Origin: an uncultured Planctomycetaceae bacterium | GTDB taxonomy: Bacteria; Planctomycetota; Planctomycetia; Planctomycetales; Planctomycetaceae | Direction of reading: 5' to 3' | NCBI GenBank assembly: GCA_963813715.1 | Contig: CAWFAK010000017.1 | Coordinates: forward strand, 832,001-896,000 | Length of the DNA stretch: 64,000 nucleotides | Shown: positions 31,596-45,542 of the stretch, one piece after another | Layout: each line of letters begins with the position of its first letter | Numbering within the stretch: position 1 is the first letter of the stretch | Translations under genes and position numbers: made by a program | Notes under the pieces: model-generated | What the model was told of the DNA's origin: nothing | The model's input: only the letters and a program-made list of their open reading frames with translations | Databases searched by the model: none

Positions 31596-33827
31596 TCAGC
31601 CGATCAGGCCCATCACGGGTGCGTCGAGGTCGATCAGATCCTGGATCACCTCGTGACCACGATTCGAGATCGGCGTGCTTGGAGAGACCGTGAAGAGCAT
31701 GCCGTCGGCCCGCGCCGCCAGCAGCTGCACGTCGGTCTGATTGTGGGTCGAAGGTCCGGCGACCAGGATCATCGAGTAACGGCCGCGCGACAGCTCGAGC
31801 AAATCGGTGACCCGCCGCGAGGCGAGACCCTCGCGCGGCATCGGACAAACACCGCCGTGAATGCAGTCAACTCGCGTGTATTTCGTGTGCAGCACCAGGT
31901 CGCCGATTTCCAGATCCTCATTGCAGAGGTAGTCTGAAATACCGAACGTGGCCATCTGCGCCTCGGCCGAACCGTCGACGAGCGTCGGATCGAGGGGCCG
32001 ACCCTCCGGCGTGCGGTGGGGCGTGCCGTGGAAGAGCGACGCGAGCACCGAGCGGCTGTCCGCCAGCGTCGCCCCCGCGTCAACGACCAACACCAGCTCT
32101 TCGCGCTCGGCAAAGCAGACGGCCAGCTTGCAGATCAGGCCAATCGGCGATTCGTTGTGCTCGAGCGGGCTGAAGACGATGACCGCACCGGGCCGCCGCA
32201 ACGATTGCTGAATTCGTAGCGCCAGGAGGCGGAGCGAGTCTTCGCCATCGTCGCTCGTACGGGCTAGCGAGAATTCGCCGCTGGCCTTGCGCCGGTTGAG
32301 GCGGCTGCTCAGGGCGCCGCGACTCAACAGGGGCAGACCGAAGCGGCGGGCCGTCTCGTCTGCCGGGCTTTCCCGGGAGAGGAAATACTCGGCCCCGAAC
32401 ACGGGAGCCACGAGCACGAGGCTCACGCCGATGAACGCCAGGGCGAACAGCTTTTTGAACGTGGTCTTGGCTTTGCCGTCCCACGTGGCTTTGCAGACGA
32501 TCGACAGCTCCTTGACCGGGCTGGCCTTGATCTGCCGCAGCGCCTGCAACTGCCCGCGAACCATTTGCTTATTGTAGACGGCCGCGGCCAGATCGTCCTG
32601 GAAGGCCTTGGCCTCTTCCACCTGCGGCCGGATGGCGTTGTTGGCAGCCTCGAGCTTTTTCTTCGTGTCGTCGATCTTGGCTTTGAGGTCGGCCACTTCA
32701 TCCGACCGCGTTTTGAGTCCCAGTTCGGCCCGCTTCTCCTCTTCCGTGATCTTGTCGATCTGCGTCGACTGATCGCTCATGTCGGGCGTAACGTAGGAAT
32801 TCAGCCAGGGGAACGAACTCAGGTTCTTGCCGACGGCGTCGACCAGTTCCTTGAACTTCATGGGCGAATCGTAGTCGCCGATCTTTTTGGCCAAATCGTC
32901 CATCTCGCGGCTGAGCCGGGTGAGCGTCTGATAAGGCTCACTGGCCGGGTCGTACTTTTCGAGATGCGCTTTGACGTTGCTCTGCTTGGCCTCGAGCATC
33001 TTGCGATTGAGGTCTTTGACCTCGGCGATGCGCGACGCCTTGTATTCTTGAATTTGTGTTTTGAACGTGGTCTCGGCCAGCCAGGCGGAATTGTGCGCGG
33101 TCGTGTATTGGCGGAGCGTGTCCGGCAGCTGCGTCTGGTCGAACTCGGTGCCGACCATCTTTTCCCTGTAGTTGCGGAGCAGCTTGCGGCTGTTTTCTTC
33201 ATTGGCTTCCGCGCGGAACAGCTCTTCCTCGGCGTGACGCACGTGCTCGGTGGCCCGGTTGCGGCGGTCTTCGACGGCCCGCTGCACGTACATTTCCATC
33301 AGGTCGTCAAGCAACTCCTTGCCTTTCGTGAGGTCGCTGGTGGTCAGCAAGAGCGTGATCATTTTCGACTTGCCGTCGGCCGCCACGTCAAGACTGTTGG
33401 TCAGGCCCAGCACGTCTAGCTCGTGAGCCATGTTCCGCTTCTCAATCACCGTCTGCAGAAAGGCCGGCGATTGGATCAGCTCGGCGTGCGCCTCCACCGG
33501 CTCCATCTGGTAGGCGTTGGTTTTGGTCATCTCGGGCAGGCCGTGATATTCCAGCTCGCCTTTGAGGTTGTAGCTTTCGGTGGAGAAGATCTGCCCGACG
33601 AAGTACGCCGGCCCCAAGGCGACCAGTCCGCAAATGGCAATCAGCCACCATCGCTTCCGCAGCGTGGCCTTGATGAGCGGCTCGCGCTCCTTGGGGGCCA
33701 GCGGGCTGGCCTTGGGAGTCGAGCGGGGGGCAACGTAAGTAGAGAGAGCGGTTCCGGGTTCCGGGCCCGTTGTACCGACGTCTGAACCCTCGGGCACAGA
33801 CGTGATCTCAATATCACCGGTTGCCAT
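31596..33827 (-). CDS. Polysaccharide co-polymerase (Wzz/Wzc-like) with degenerate C-terminal P-loop domain
   Basis: Two TM segments flanking a coiled coil; FGLPLLS, VLVVDA, GISDYL, YSMILV resemble the Wzc kinase domain but Walker A is absent. Confidence 0.8.
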   Translation of the reverse strand: MATGDIEITSVPEGSDVGTTGPEPGTALSTYVAPRSTPKASPLAPKEREPLIKATLRKRWWLIAICGLVALGPAYFVGQIFSTESYNLKGELEYHGLPEMTKTNAYQMEPVEAHAELIQSPAFLQTVIEKRNMAHELDVLGLTNSLDVAADGKSKMITLLLTTSDLTKGKELLDDLMEMYVQRAVEDRRNRATEHVRHAEEELFRAEANEENSRKLLRNYREKMVGTEFDQTQLPDTLRQYTTAHNSAWLAETTFKTQIQEYKASRIAEVKDLNRKMLEAKQSNVKAHLEKYDPASEPYQTLTRLSREMDDLAKKIGDYDSPMKFKELVDAVGKNLSSFPWLNSYVTPDMSDQSTQIDKITEEEKRAELGLKTRSDEVADLKAKIDDTKKKLEAANNAIRPQVEEAKAFQDDLAAAVYNKQMVRGQLQALRQIKASPVKELSIVCKATWDGKAKTTFKKLFALAFIGVSLVLVAPVFGAEYFLSRESPADETARRFGLPLLSRGALSSRLNRRKASGEFSLARTSDDGEDSLRLLALRIQQSLRRPGAVIVFSPLEHNESPIGLICKLAVCFAEREELVLVVDAGATLADSRSVLASLFHGTPHRTPEGRPLDPTLVDGSAEAQMATFGISDYLCNEDLEIGDLVLHTKYTRVDCIHGGVCPMPREGLASRRVTDLLELSRGRYSMILVAGPSTHNQTDVQLLAARADGMLFTVSPSTPISNRGHEVIQDLIDLDAPVMGLIG

Positions 33828-34215
33828 GAAGGACCTCTCGATTGTTCGCGGTGGTCCCGTGCGCTCCATCGCTTCCCGTCTGGCAACGGAAAAGCGTCGG
33901 GGATCGGGCAGCCATGCCGCGGGCCAAGTTCCGTCAGCCGCGACTTCCGGGGCGATCTGCGGAACAGGCCCAAACCGCCGGTGCGGTGATGTCCCCCGAT
34001 CGCCGCATCTCCCTGATGCGGTGGAGGCTCCAGTTTAGGCACCCCTTAGGCGAAAGTAAATGACGCGGCGTCCCCGGATTCTAGGCGGGCTGCGGCGACT
34101 GAGCGGAAGATGCGGTCCGCCGGCCCGCGCGGCTCAAAAGGCTTCGCGCGCGGACGATTGCGGCAAGTCACTAGCTCCACAAACGCTGAGTGTTTCGTTC
34201 GCCTCGCCCTTGTCG

Positions 34216-35403
34216 CTAGCGATGCTGCGTGAGGTAAACGAGGAGGGCCGTTCCCAAGAGACCGAGAAGAGTGGCAAACGCGATTTTCCAGCCGCTGTAC
34301 GGCCGCTCGCCGTCGACCTCGCCCGTGCAAGCGTTGACCAAAACCTGATAGGTCCGGTCGCGATAGCGGTAGGCCAACATCCAGACCGGCAGCAGGATGT
34401 GCTTGAACGTGATCGCCCCATATTGCGTACGGATGCTGTCGACTTGTTGTTCGTCGCCGCCGATTCGCTGCCGCACGTCCTGCTCGAGGGCCGCGTCGAT
34501 TTCGCTCCGCGCCAGGCCGAAGCCGTCCCCCAGCTCGACGTCGTACGTCCGCGACACAAAACCCGCGAGCACTTCCTGGGAAAACGGACGGCACTTCTTC
34601 AGGGGCCATGGCGCCAGTCCGTCCAGGAGGTTGCGGCGAATTCCGCCCGTCGCGGCGATCAGCACATCGTCGAAAAAACGCTGGAACTGTCCGGAGACCG
34701 GCCACCAGCGTGTGCGGCGGACCTGCTCCTCCTTATCGCCGTTGCGTACGGTTTCCCAGTAATACTCGCCTCGCTGGCCATCGTAGGCGCAGGCGGTCAT
34801 CGCGTCGTACGTCCAGAAGGGCAAGTAGACGCCGTTGAATTTGCCGTTCGCACCGCGTTTACGAAATTCATTCGGTGCGAACCAGCGCGAGCGAATCCAC
34901 CCGCTGAGGTTGCCGGCCGCCTGCTCGCGAGTGACGGCGAAGGTCAACAAGCCGTCGACGGGGATCCGCCAGCCTCCCGAGTGCACGTGCTCGCGCTGCA
35001 CCTGGCAGCCGCAGTAGGGGCACTCGGAACTTGTCAATGTGCCCACAAAGACAATGTCGGCGCCGCAGCCCTCACAACGGATGTGGTTCTGGGTTCCTTC
35101 CTGTTCTTGCTCCGCGCTCCGCGTGGCCGCCTGTTTCTTCAACTGCGCGACCGTCGCCTCGAAATCTTGCTCGGCGACTTTCGCGTTCGGCGGGACGACG
35201 ACGTCCTTTTCAAAGCCGCAGTGAGGACACTTCAGCCGCTGGTCGCCGATGTTAAAGACCAGCTCGGCTCCGCACCGCTCACAGGGAAACACGCGGCCCC
35301 GCCCGGCATCGATCGTGTGGCCCTCGGACGTTGACGAAGGCGAAGCGGCCGCGGCGACGTTCGGTTGAGCGGGTGCGTCCGGCGGTTCGGCGCTGGCGTT
35401 CAT
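34216..35403 (-). CDS. Multi-Zn-ribbon membrane-anchored protein
   Basis: Four CxxC pairs, GVYLPFWTYD, FFDDVLI, KHILLPVW, VNACTGEV, C-terminal TM. Confidence 0.85.
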   Translation of the reverse strand: MNASAEPPDAPAQPNVAAAASPSSTSEGHTIDAGRGRVFPCERCGAELVFNIGDQRLKCPHCGFEKDVVVPPNAKVAEQDFEATVAQLKKQAATRSAEQEQEGTQNHIRCEGCGADIVFVGTLTSSECPYCGCQVQREHVHSGGWRIPVDGLLTFAVTREQAAGNLSGWIRSRWFAPNEFRKRGANGKFNGVYLPFWTYDAMTACAYDGQRGEYYWETVRNGDKEEQVRRTRWWPVSGQFQRFFDDVLIAATGGIRRNLLDGLAPWPLKKCRPFSQEVLAGFVSRTYDVELGDGFGLARSEIDAALEQDVRQRIGGDEQQVDSIRTQYGAITFKHILLPVWMLAYRYRDRTYQVLVNACTGEVDGERPYSGWKIAFATLLGLLGTALLVYLTQHR

Positions 35404-35527
35404 GGAGCGTCCGCGAAATGAATTTGCCGACTGAGGGTTGTCGTTCGGCGGTCATGCGGGCGCGTAGACGTTCTGCGCCGCCCGCGTCGATCACAGTGGA
35501 GTCGCTTGCGGAGTCCGAACGGCCGTG

Positions 35528-36649
35528 TTATTTCGCCGGCACGGGCGGAGGAGGAGGCGCGGCGGGAGGAGCCGGCGGTGTGGCGAAGGCGCTGGCGATT
35601 TGCGGCACTTGTCCGGCCGGTGCCCACTCACCCATTCCCGTCGTCCACACGAGCGTGTCCCGAGCGATTTGCCCCTTCGCGATGCCGTCAGCCAGTTGCT
35701 GGGCCGTGAACGGGCCTTGCTGCTGCCCGTTGATGGCCACATGCCAGGCCGCAGCGCCGGGTACCGGAGGGGGACCGGAACTCGGAGCGCCGAATGCGCC
35801 GGCCATGCGGTTGGCCATGGCGAAGCCCATCCCGAGCCCCATTCCCTCGGCTGCGCCGCCACCCGACGGATTGCTGGCCGCGGCCGTGATCGCCTGCCCG
35901 GTTTGAAATTGCTGAAAGCGGTTCATGTCGCCGATGACGCCCATGCTCGAGCGCGTGTCGAGGGCTTTTTCGACGTCTTCGGGCAGCGAGACGTTGACGA
36001 TCATCAGCTGCGGAATGTCGAGCCCGTACTCCTTGTCGACTTTCTCTTCGACCTTCTTCCGCAAGCCGTCCGAAAGATCGCGATAGTGAGCCGCCAGGTC
36101 GAGAACGGCGACATGCGAGCTGCCGATCATTTCTGCAAATACCGACACGATCATCGATCGCAACAGCTCGGTGACTTCATCGGCGTCGAATTCGGCATCG
36201 GTTCCCACGAGTTCCTGCAGCAAGGCCTTGGGATCGACCGCCTTCACCGTGTACGTGCCGAATGCGCGCACGCGGACGGGACCAAAGTCGGCATCGCGGA
36301 GGATGATCGGATTGGGCGTGCCCCACTTGAGATCGGTGATCTGCCGGGTGGAGACGAAATAGACCTCCGACTTGAACGGGCTGTTGAAGCCGTATTTCCA
36401 GGCTTGCAGTGTGCTCAAGATCGGCAGGTTTTCGGTGCCGAGGGTGTAATTCCCCGGCTCGAAGACGTCGGCGATCTGCCCACGGTGGACGAAGATCGCC
36501 TTCTGCCCCGGCCGGACGATGAGCTGAGCCCCGTTCTTGATTTCGTTCTGATACCTGGGGAACCGCCAGACCAGTGTGCGGTTCGAATTGTCGACCCACT
36601 CGATGATGTCGACCAGTTCGGTGCGGAGTCTGTCGAAGAGTCCCATCAC
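35528..36649 (-). CDS. SPFH/band-7 (YdjI-like) protein with C-terminal GYF_2 domain
   Basis: EIKNGAQLIVRPGQ, WGTPNP, VRAFG, GMGLGMGFAM, WHVAINGQQQGP...LVWTTGMGEW. Confidence 0.9.
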   Translation of the reverse strand: MMGLFDRLRTELVDIIEWVDNSNRTLVWRFPRYQNEIKNGAQLIVRPGQKAIFVHRGQIADVFEPGNYTLGTENLPILSTLQAWKYGFNSPFKSEVYFVSTRQITDLKWGTPNPIILRDADFGPVRVRAFGTYTVKAVDPKALLQELVGTDAEFDADEVTELLRSMIVSVFAEMIGSSHVAVLDLAAHYRDLSDGLRKKVEEKVDKEYGLDIPQLMIVNVSLPEDVEKALDTRSSMGVIGDMNRFQQFQTGQAITAAASNPSGGGAAEGMGLGMGFAMANRMAGAFGAPSSGPPPVPGAAAWHVAINGQQQGPFTAQQLADGIAKGQIARDTLVWTTGMGEWAPAGQVPQIASAFATPPAPPAAPPPPPVPAK

Positions 36650-36954
36650 AATCTCCTGCCGGGTCTGACGTCTTTCGCTGTCTGAGCCTCAACCACCCAT
36701 TCGCTAATTTGAGCCGATTCTATCAACCCTCAAGTTTGACCGCTGCCAAGTTCAACCGCCCGTTCGACGGCGGCCTGCCCGGCGGACATACCCATTCGAA
36801 GGGCGGGGCTCGCTGCCGCCGAACTTGACGGCAAGTGGACCGCAAGCCACTAACGCGGAGGGACCGCCATCGGCTCAATAGAATTCGCCCAGAAGGGGCA
36901 ATTCCGACGACGACCAGTCAGCGGAACCGGCATTTCAATCGGTCTGAGGCTGGT

Positions 36955-37012
36955 TGCCAAAATGGCATCTTGCCGACTAAAGTTTAACCCGTCGGCACTT
37001 GCCAAATTGACA
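36955..37012. promoter_or_regulatory. Palindromic operator/enhancer array upstream of dnaK
   Basis: TGCCA-AAA-TGGCA (36955-67), TGCCGAC-N13-GTCGGCA (36971-97), TGCCA-AAT-TGACA (37000-12). Confidence 0.65.
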
Positions 37013-37097
37013 GGAGCCCGAACCGGGCCATTTGGAGGGAGATCCGCAAGTTATCAATTGGCAATAAGTTATACCCAACACAATCCGTTCGCGAGCT

Positions 37098-37112
37098 TGG
37101 CACGTGCTTTGC
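37098..37112 (+). promoter_or_regulatory. sigma54 -24/-12 promoter of dnaK-clpB
   Basis: TGGCACG-TGCT-TTGC, an exact match to TGGCACG-N4-TTGC. Confidence 0.8.
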
Positions 37113-37279
37113 CTTATGCGAAGTGTCACTGTCGAAAAGCGCCCAGACTGCGGCTGCTTGAAAGTGACATCCCGAGTGCGTTAGAAGATGGCGAACTCGC
37201 TCCGAAATACACAGCAGAGAAGTTGAATGCGGGGTCAGGGCCGCTTCGCGGTTTTTGACCGTGGTTAAAGGAGATCACC

Positions 37280-39196
37280 ATGGCGGTGCAAGGCGAAAAG
37301 ATCATCGGCATCGATTTAGGGACTACCAACTCGGTCGTCTCCGTGATTGAAGGGTCCGAGGCGAAGGTCATTGCCAACCAGGAAGGAAATCGTCTTACGC
37401 CGAGTGTCGTGGCCTTCACGGACAAGGGAGAGATCCTGGTCGGCGAGCCGGCCAAGCGGCAGGCGGTGACCAACCCCAAAAACACGGTCTACTCGATCAA
37501 GCGGTTTATGGGCCGTCGCCACAGCGAGGTCGAGACCGAAGAGAAGATGGTTCCCTACACCATCGTCGGCGGACCGAGCGATTACGTGAAGGTGAAGGCG
37601 GGCAACAAGGAATACACGCCCCCGGAAATCTCGGCGCTCATCCTCCGCAAATTGAAGGAAGCGGCCGAGTCTTACCTGGGGCACAAGGTCAACCGCGCGG
37701 TGATCACCGTGCCGGCGTACTTCAACGATGCGCAGCGGCAAGCCACCAAGGACGCTGGGCAGATCGCCGGCCTCTCGGTTGAGCGAATCATCAACGAGCC
37801 GACGGCTGCCGCGCTCGCGTACGGACTCGAAAAGAAACGCGAAGAGAAGATCTGCGTGTTCGACCTGGGGGGCGGTACATTCGACGTCTCGATCCTCGAG
37901 GTCGGCGACGAGATGGTTGAAGTTCTCTCCACTAATGGCGACACCCATCTGGGCGGCGACGACTTCGACGAGACTTTGATCAACTTCGTCGCGGATCGGT
38001 TCAAGAACGAGAACGGCATCGACCTGCGCAAGGACCCGATGGCCCTTCAGCGGCTCCGCGAAGCGGCCGAGAAGGCCAAGAAGGAGCTGTCGCAGCAGCC
38101 GACCACCGATATCAACCTGCCATTCATCACGGCCGACCAGACGGGGGCCAAGCACCTGCAGATGAACGTCACGCGGGCCGAGTTCGAGCGGCTGATCGAT
38201 CCGCTGGTCGAGCGGTGCCGCAGGCCGGTTGAGCAGGCGCTGCGCGACGCCAAGCTGTCGCCCAAGGACATCGACGAAGTCGTGCTCGTGGGCGGTTCGA
38301 CCCGCGTGCCGAAGGTCGTCGACTTCGTCCGCCAGCAGTTCGGCGGCAAAGAGCCCCACAAAGGCGTCAACCCGGACGAGGTCGTTTCGGTCGGCGCCGC
38401 CATTCAAGGTGGAATCATCGGCGGCGACGTCAAGGAGATGGTGCTCCTCGACGTGACCCCGCTGTCGCTGGGCATCGAGACCGAAGGCGGGATCATGACC
38501 ACGCTCATCGAGCGGAACACCACGATCCCCGTCGAGAAGAAAGAGGTCTTTTCGACCGCGGCCGACAGCCAGACCGCGGTGACGGTGAGCGTGTTCCAGG
38601 GCGAACGGAAAATGGCCCGCGACAATCGGTTGCTCGGCCAGTTCAATCTCGACGGAATTCCGCCGGCGCCGCGGGGCGTGCCGCAAATCGAAGTCAGCTT
38701 TGACATCGACGTCAACGGCATCCTCAAAGTCTCGGCCAAGGATATCGCAACCCAGAAGGTGCAGACGGTCAGCATCGAGAAATCGAGCGGGCTGTCCGAG
38801 TCCGAAATCGACAAGATGCGATCGGATGCCGAGTCGCATGCCGAGGAGGATCTGCGCAAGCGAAAACTGGCCGAGGCCCGCAACCACGCGGCGCGGCTGG
38901 TCTATGAGACCGAGAAGTTGATGAAGGAGCACTCCGACAAGCTCGATGGCGGCTCCAAGTCGGCGATCGAATCGTCGATCGAACGGGTGAACAAGGCGGC
39001 GGCCGGCGAGGACGCCGGTGCGATCGAGTCGGCCGTCAAGGACCTCGAGCAGGCAACGCACGCCCTCTCGAAGCACATGTATGAGGCAGCCTCGAAGGCG
39101 AGCGCCTCGGCCCAGTCGCAGCCGGCCGGCAATGGTCACGAGGAATCAGGACACACAGGGGACAACGTCATCGACGCCGAGTTCGAGAAGACGTGA
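37280..39196 (+). CDS. dnaK: Chaperone DnaK (Hsp70)
   Basis: [35 protein letters not shown], terminal VIDAEFE; RBS AAGGAG. Confidence 0.98.
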   Translation: MAVQGEKIIGIDLGTTNSVVSVIEGSEAKVIANQEGNRLTPSVVAFTDKGEILVGEPAKRQAVTNPKNTVYSIKRFMGRRHSEVETEEKMVPYTIVGGPSDYVKVKAGNKEYTPPEISALILRKLKEAAESYLGHKVNRAVITVPAYFNDAQRQATKDAGQIAGLSVERIINEPTAAALAYGLEKKREEKICVFDLGGGTFDVSILEVGDEMVEVLSTNGDTHLGGDDFDETLINFVADRFKNENGIDLRKDPMALQRLREAAEKAKKELSQQPTTDINLPFITADQTGAKHLQMNVTRAEFERLIDPLVERCRRPVEQALRDAKLSPKDIDEVVLVGGSTRVPKVVDFVRQQFGGKEPHKGVNPDEVVSVGAAIQGGIIGGDVKEMVLLDVTPLSLGIETEGGIMTTLIERNTTIPVEKKEVFSTAADSQTAVTVSVFQGERKMARDNRLLGQFNLDGIPPAPRGVPQIEVSFDIDVNGILKVSAKDIATQKVQTVSIEKSSGLSESEIDKMRSDAESHAEEDLRKRKLAEARNHAARLVYETEKLMKEHSDKLDGGSKSAIESSIERVNKAAAGEDAGAIESAVKDLEQATHALSKHMYEAASKASASAQSQPAGNGHEESGHTGDNVIDAEFEKT

Positions 39197-39229
39197 TCGG
39201 CTGATTTCTCGAGTGACCTGATCGCTCAC

Positions 39230-39259
39230 AAACGGGCCGCTCCGCGGTCCGTTTTTTTT
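39230..39259 (+). terminator. Intrinsic terminator/attenuator between dnaK and clpB
   Basis: AAACGGGCCGC-TCC-GCGGTCCGTTT followed by a T-run, immediately before the clpB RBS. Confidence 0.7.
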
Positions 39260-39272
39260 GGAGGCATTCCCT

Positions 39273-41946
<2,674 letters not shown>

Positions 41947-41970
41947 CCGCGAAGGCAGTGACAGCCCGGC

Positions 41971-41995
41971 GAGCCGCCAGCGTGAGCTGGCGGGT
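41971..41995. repeat. REP-like hairpin/terminator between convergent genes
   Basis: CCGCCAGC-GTGA-GCTGGCGG, 8-bp stem. Confidence 0.55.
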
Positions 41996-42027
41996 GCTTC
42001 TCTTAGTTTTCTCAGAGGCGCAGAGAC

Positions 42028-43018
42028 CTAATTGCGTGCCCAGCGCCAGTTGCTAACGCCGCGGAGGTTCACGATGCGATCGGCCGGCCAACCACCGCGG
42101 TAGAGTTCGACGATCGTTTCAGCCGCCATCTTGAACGTGTCGTACTTCGACTCGTTGTCCATGCCGGCAACGTGCCCGGCGAGGAGCACGTTGTCCAACT
42201 TAAGCAGCGGACTGTCGACCGGCAGCGGCTCAACCTCGAACACGTCGAGCCCGGCGGCCCGCAGATGGCCGGAACGCAAGGCGTCGCACAGGGCCGCTTC
42301 GTCAACGAGGCCTCCACGGGCCGTATTAATCAGCACGGAACCCGGCTTCATCTTCGCCAGCGTCTGCGCATTGATGAGGTGCCGTGTTTGCGGCGTCAGC
42401 GGCGAGTGGATCGAAACGTAGTCGGACCGCGCGAGCAGATCGTCGAGCGAGACGATCTCGATCGGCCACTTCGCCAGGAATTCGGCGTTCGGCTGCGGCT
42501 CGAACGCCAGCACCTTCATGCCGACGCCGATGGCCCGCGTCGCCACCGCTTGCCCGATGCGGCCCAGGCCCACGATTCCCAACGTCGAGCCCATCACCCG
42601 CGGGCCGGTCGCCCGCTTCCATTTGCCCTCGCGGACGCGGCGGTCGGTCATCGGAAAGCCGCGGGCCACGCCGAACAACAGGGCCAGCGTGTGCTCGGCC
42701 ACCGAATGGTGATTGACGCCCGGCGTCGTGCAGACGGCGATGCCGGCCCGGTCGCAGGCGGCCAGGTCGATGGCGTCGAAACCGACGCCCGATCGCGAGA
42801 TCGCCCGCAGCGCGGGGAGCGCCTCGATCACCCGTTGTGGAGTAGGGTTCCGCCCCGGCGATGACGGCGTCGGCCCCGGCGAGCGCCTCGATCAGTTGCT
42901 CGTTCTGGCGGAGGTCCCGTGCTCGCGAGACCTCGCTGAAGCCGATCCCCGCGGACTTGAGAATCTCGATATGCGGCCCGGAGCCCGAATCGATCGACGT
43001 TCCGACGACTTGCGGCAT
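42028..43018 (-). CDS. D-2-hydroxyacid dehydrogenase (phosphoglycerate-dehydrogenase-like; frameshift near 42835)
   Basis: RSGVGFD, GIVGLGRIG, INTARG, LDVFEVEP, GHVAG. Confidence 0.9.
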
Positions 43019-43031
43019 CCCCGCTCTTACC

Positions 43032-44095
43032 TTACGGCCGTGCGGCCTGCGTAGAGCCCTGGATATCGCCCGTGGCCGTGAAGGTGATCGGCTCAGGTCG
43101 TCCGGCGATCGTCACGATGAATTTCTCGGTGAACTGACCGGATGTGTTCGGCGCGGTGAAGGCCAGCGACAGCACGTGCACGGCCTTCGCTTCTTTGCTC
43201 AAGGCGGGCATGCGGAAGGCCTGACGGTTCGAGTCGCACTCGACCTTCTCGATCACGAACGGTTTGTTGCTCCGCAAGAGGACCGTCTTCGTCGATTCAC
43301 CGCCGGGGGAGACGGTGCCGAGCTGCACGACCGACGGGGTAATCGTCACGTCGCCTTCGACCCGGGCCTGCACCAACAGAGGAATCTCGCCGCCAGTCGC
43401 GTCGTTAGTCACAAGGGTCATCTGCTTCCGCAGAAAGCCGACCGGAGCGCCAGGCAGCAGCGACACGTCGAGGCGGTAGTTGACCGTGCCGCTGGGGTCC
43501 CGCGCAGTCTGCACGACCTTGGCCTCAATGTTCGGATCGCCCGTGACCACCTTGCCGATCGCCCAGTCCGGACGGCCCGCATAGGCGATTTCGATCGATC
43601 GATCGGTCTTCGTGCCGACGGTCACCGCGCCGAAGTTCACCGAACCCGGTGTGAAGACGACGTCGGAGCGGATATAGACCTGCACCGGAATTTTGACTTC
43701 GGCAAACCGCGGCTGGCCGAACTGCACGGTGACGGTCGAGGTCTTCAGGTGCTGGAACTTGTACGTGTCCATCGAGATCTCGACGATCGTCTCGCCGCCG
43801 GTCTTAACCGGGGTCTGATCGAACCGCGGGGCCGTGCAGCCGCACGACGTGGTGACGTTCGAGACCTGGATGTCCTGCGTATAAAGGTTCTTGATGTGGA
43901 ACTTGTGGCTGACTTCCGCGCCCGCGCCACAACGCCGAAGTCTTTGCTGGTCGAGTCGAACATCTTCTTCGCCCAGTCGTTCGGATCTTCGACGACTTGC
44001 TGTTGGACGATCTCTTGGGCCCGGACCGCAACCGGCGCGGCGGCGAGCACCACGGGAAGCACTACGAGCGAGCAGCAGCGCAGGGTCCGGATCAT
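43032..44095 (-). CDS. Secreted DUF1573 Ig-like domain protein (frameshift near 43925)
   Basis: Signal peptide, WAKKMF...KDFGVVA, TSCGCT motif, repeated beta-sandwich segments. Confidence 0.85.
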
Positions 44096-44599
44096 CGCAT
44101 TCTCTCGATTCTGGGGAAGGGACGATGCACAAAACGCCTACGCAGGCCGGTCCAGTTTGTGCGTCGAGCGCGGGGTTGTTTCTTCAAGAGCTCACAAGCG
44201 ACGGCCGCTCGGTTCAGAGCGCCTCGGTTCGGCCGCTCCGTTTCGCCTCGATCTGAGCCGGATCAGAACGTTCCACTCGGCGAATGCTTTCCACTGGCAA
44301 ATCGGCCGGAGACCGCGGGGAAGTTAATGCGAGACTTATGAAATGTCAATGTCTTACGGCGTCAGCGGTTGGCGAAAGATTCGTCGCGAAAAACCGTTCT
44401 AATTTTACGCGCCGGCCCCCCTTCACGGAAGACGACTCTGGCCTCCAAATCGGTCGCGGCGCCGGAATCGGCACGATCGTTCGAACCACGTCTGTCCCAC
44501 GGAGTTGGGGCAGCGGGCGTTACGCGGCAAGGCTTCGCGCATGAAGGAAAGCGTGACGAAAAGGAGGAAAGGAGCCGCCGTGTGCGCGACTCGTTCGAT

Positions 44600-45496
44600 T
44601 CAAAAAGCCAGGCCGCGGTCGGTGATCTCGAAGGGGACGATCGATTCGTCGCACGCGCTGCCGCGGTGCTTGGCCACGTAGAGGGCGCGGCTCGTCCGAT
44701 TGCCCTGATGGACTTTGCCGAGCAGGATGATCGTGTTGGCGTTGATTAGAACGTCGCCGGATTCGATCGAGCGCGCGATCAGCTGGTCGAGCAGCACCTC
44801 CTTCGAGGTGCACAAAAGCACACAGCCGATCGATCGCGGATCGTAGGGGTGCCGGGCGACCTCGGCTTCGTTAGCTCGGAACTGTGCTCGAAAGAGGTCG
44901 CGGGCCAACCAGTCGGCATCTTTTCGCAGGATCTGGTGATAGACGTAATCGAAGACGTGGAACTGAAACGAGTCGCTGGCCCGATCGGTCGGCTCGATGC
45001 CGTCGATCACACACCGCCGGGCGCCGTGAATGAAGTTTCCGTAAAAAAACGCGATGCTGCGGTCGAGCTTGCGCGACAGCTCAATCCTCCACTCGCGCCA
45101 TTCTTCGCTCTCAAGGTCGCCGATCGACACTCGCCGGCCAGTGCGGTCGAAAACGTGCAAATAATCGCACCGGGCTGCTGTCGGGTCCCACACCTGGGCC
45201 GGGTCGAAGGGAGCGTCGGCGGATCGCTGCGACATCTCCCATCCGAACAGCCGGCGGGCGTATTCGCGATGGTTCTGCGAATCGCCTCGCGACGTCAAAT
45301 CGAAGACGAAGCCTCGCTGGCCTTCCTGAAATTCGCCAGCCCGAGCGAACTGCAATCCGAGCTGAGTTTTGCCAATGCCCGTGGCCCCCAACAGCACGGT
45401 GAGCGTGCCGGGAACGAGGCCGCCACCGAGTAGACTGTCCAGCCGGTCGATACCAGTGCGGAGGCGGGCACTTGAACCGGGAATGGGCTCAGGCAT
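44600..45496 (-). CDS. Single-domain KaiC/RAD55-like RecA-superfamily ATPase
   Basis: [33 protein letters not shown]. Confidence 0.88.
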   Translation of the reverse strand: MPEPIPGSSARLRTGIDRLDSLLGGGLVPGTLTVLLGATGIGKTQLGLQFARAGEFQEGQRGFVFDLTSRGDSQNHREYARRLFGWEMSQRSADAPFDPAQVWDPTAARCDYLHVFDRTGRRVSIGDLESEEWREWRIELSRKLDRSIAFFYGNFIHGARRCVIDGIEPTDRASDSFQFHVFDYVYHQILRKDADWLARDLFRAQFRANEAEVARHPYDPRSIGCVLLCTSKEVLLDQLIARSIESGDVLINANTIILLGKVHQGNRTSRALYVAKHRGSACDESIVPFEITDRGLAF

Positions 45497-45542
45497 GATT
45501 GACTGCGAACAACGGCTTTCGTTTTTCAAGCGAGCAGATTTT

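Noticed and set aside
34035..34100. c-di-GMP-I riboswitch-like word order (GGCAC..CGAAAG..GACGC)
   Set aside because: The stem around GAAA does not pair and the orientation is opposite to the neighbouring genes.
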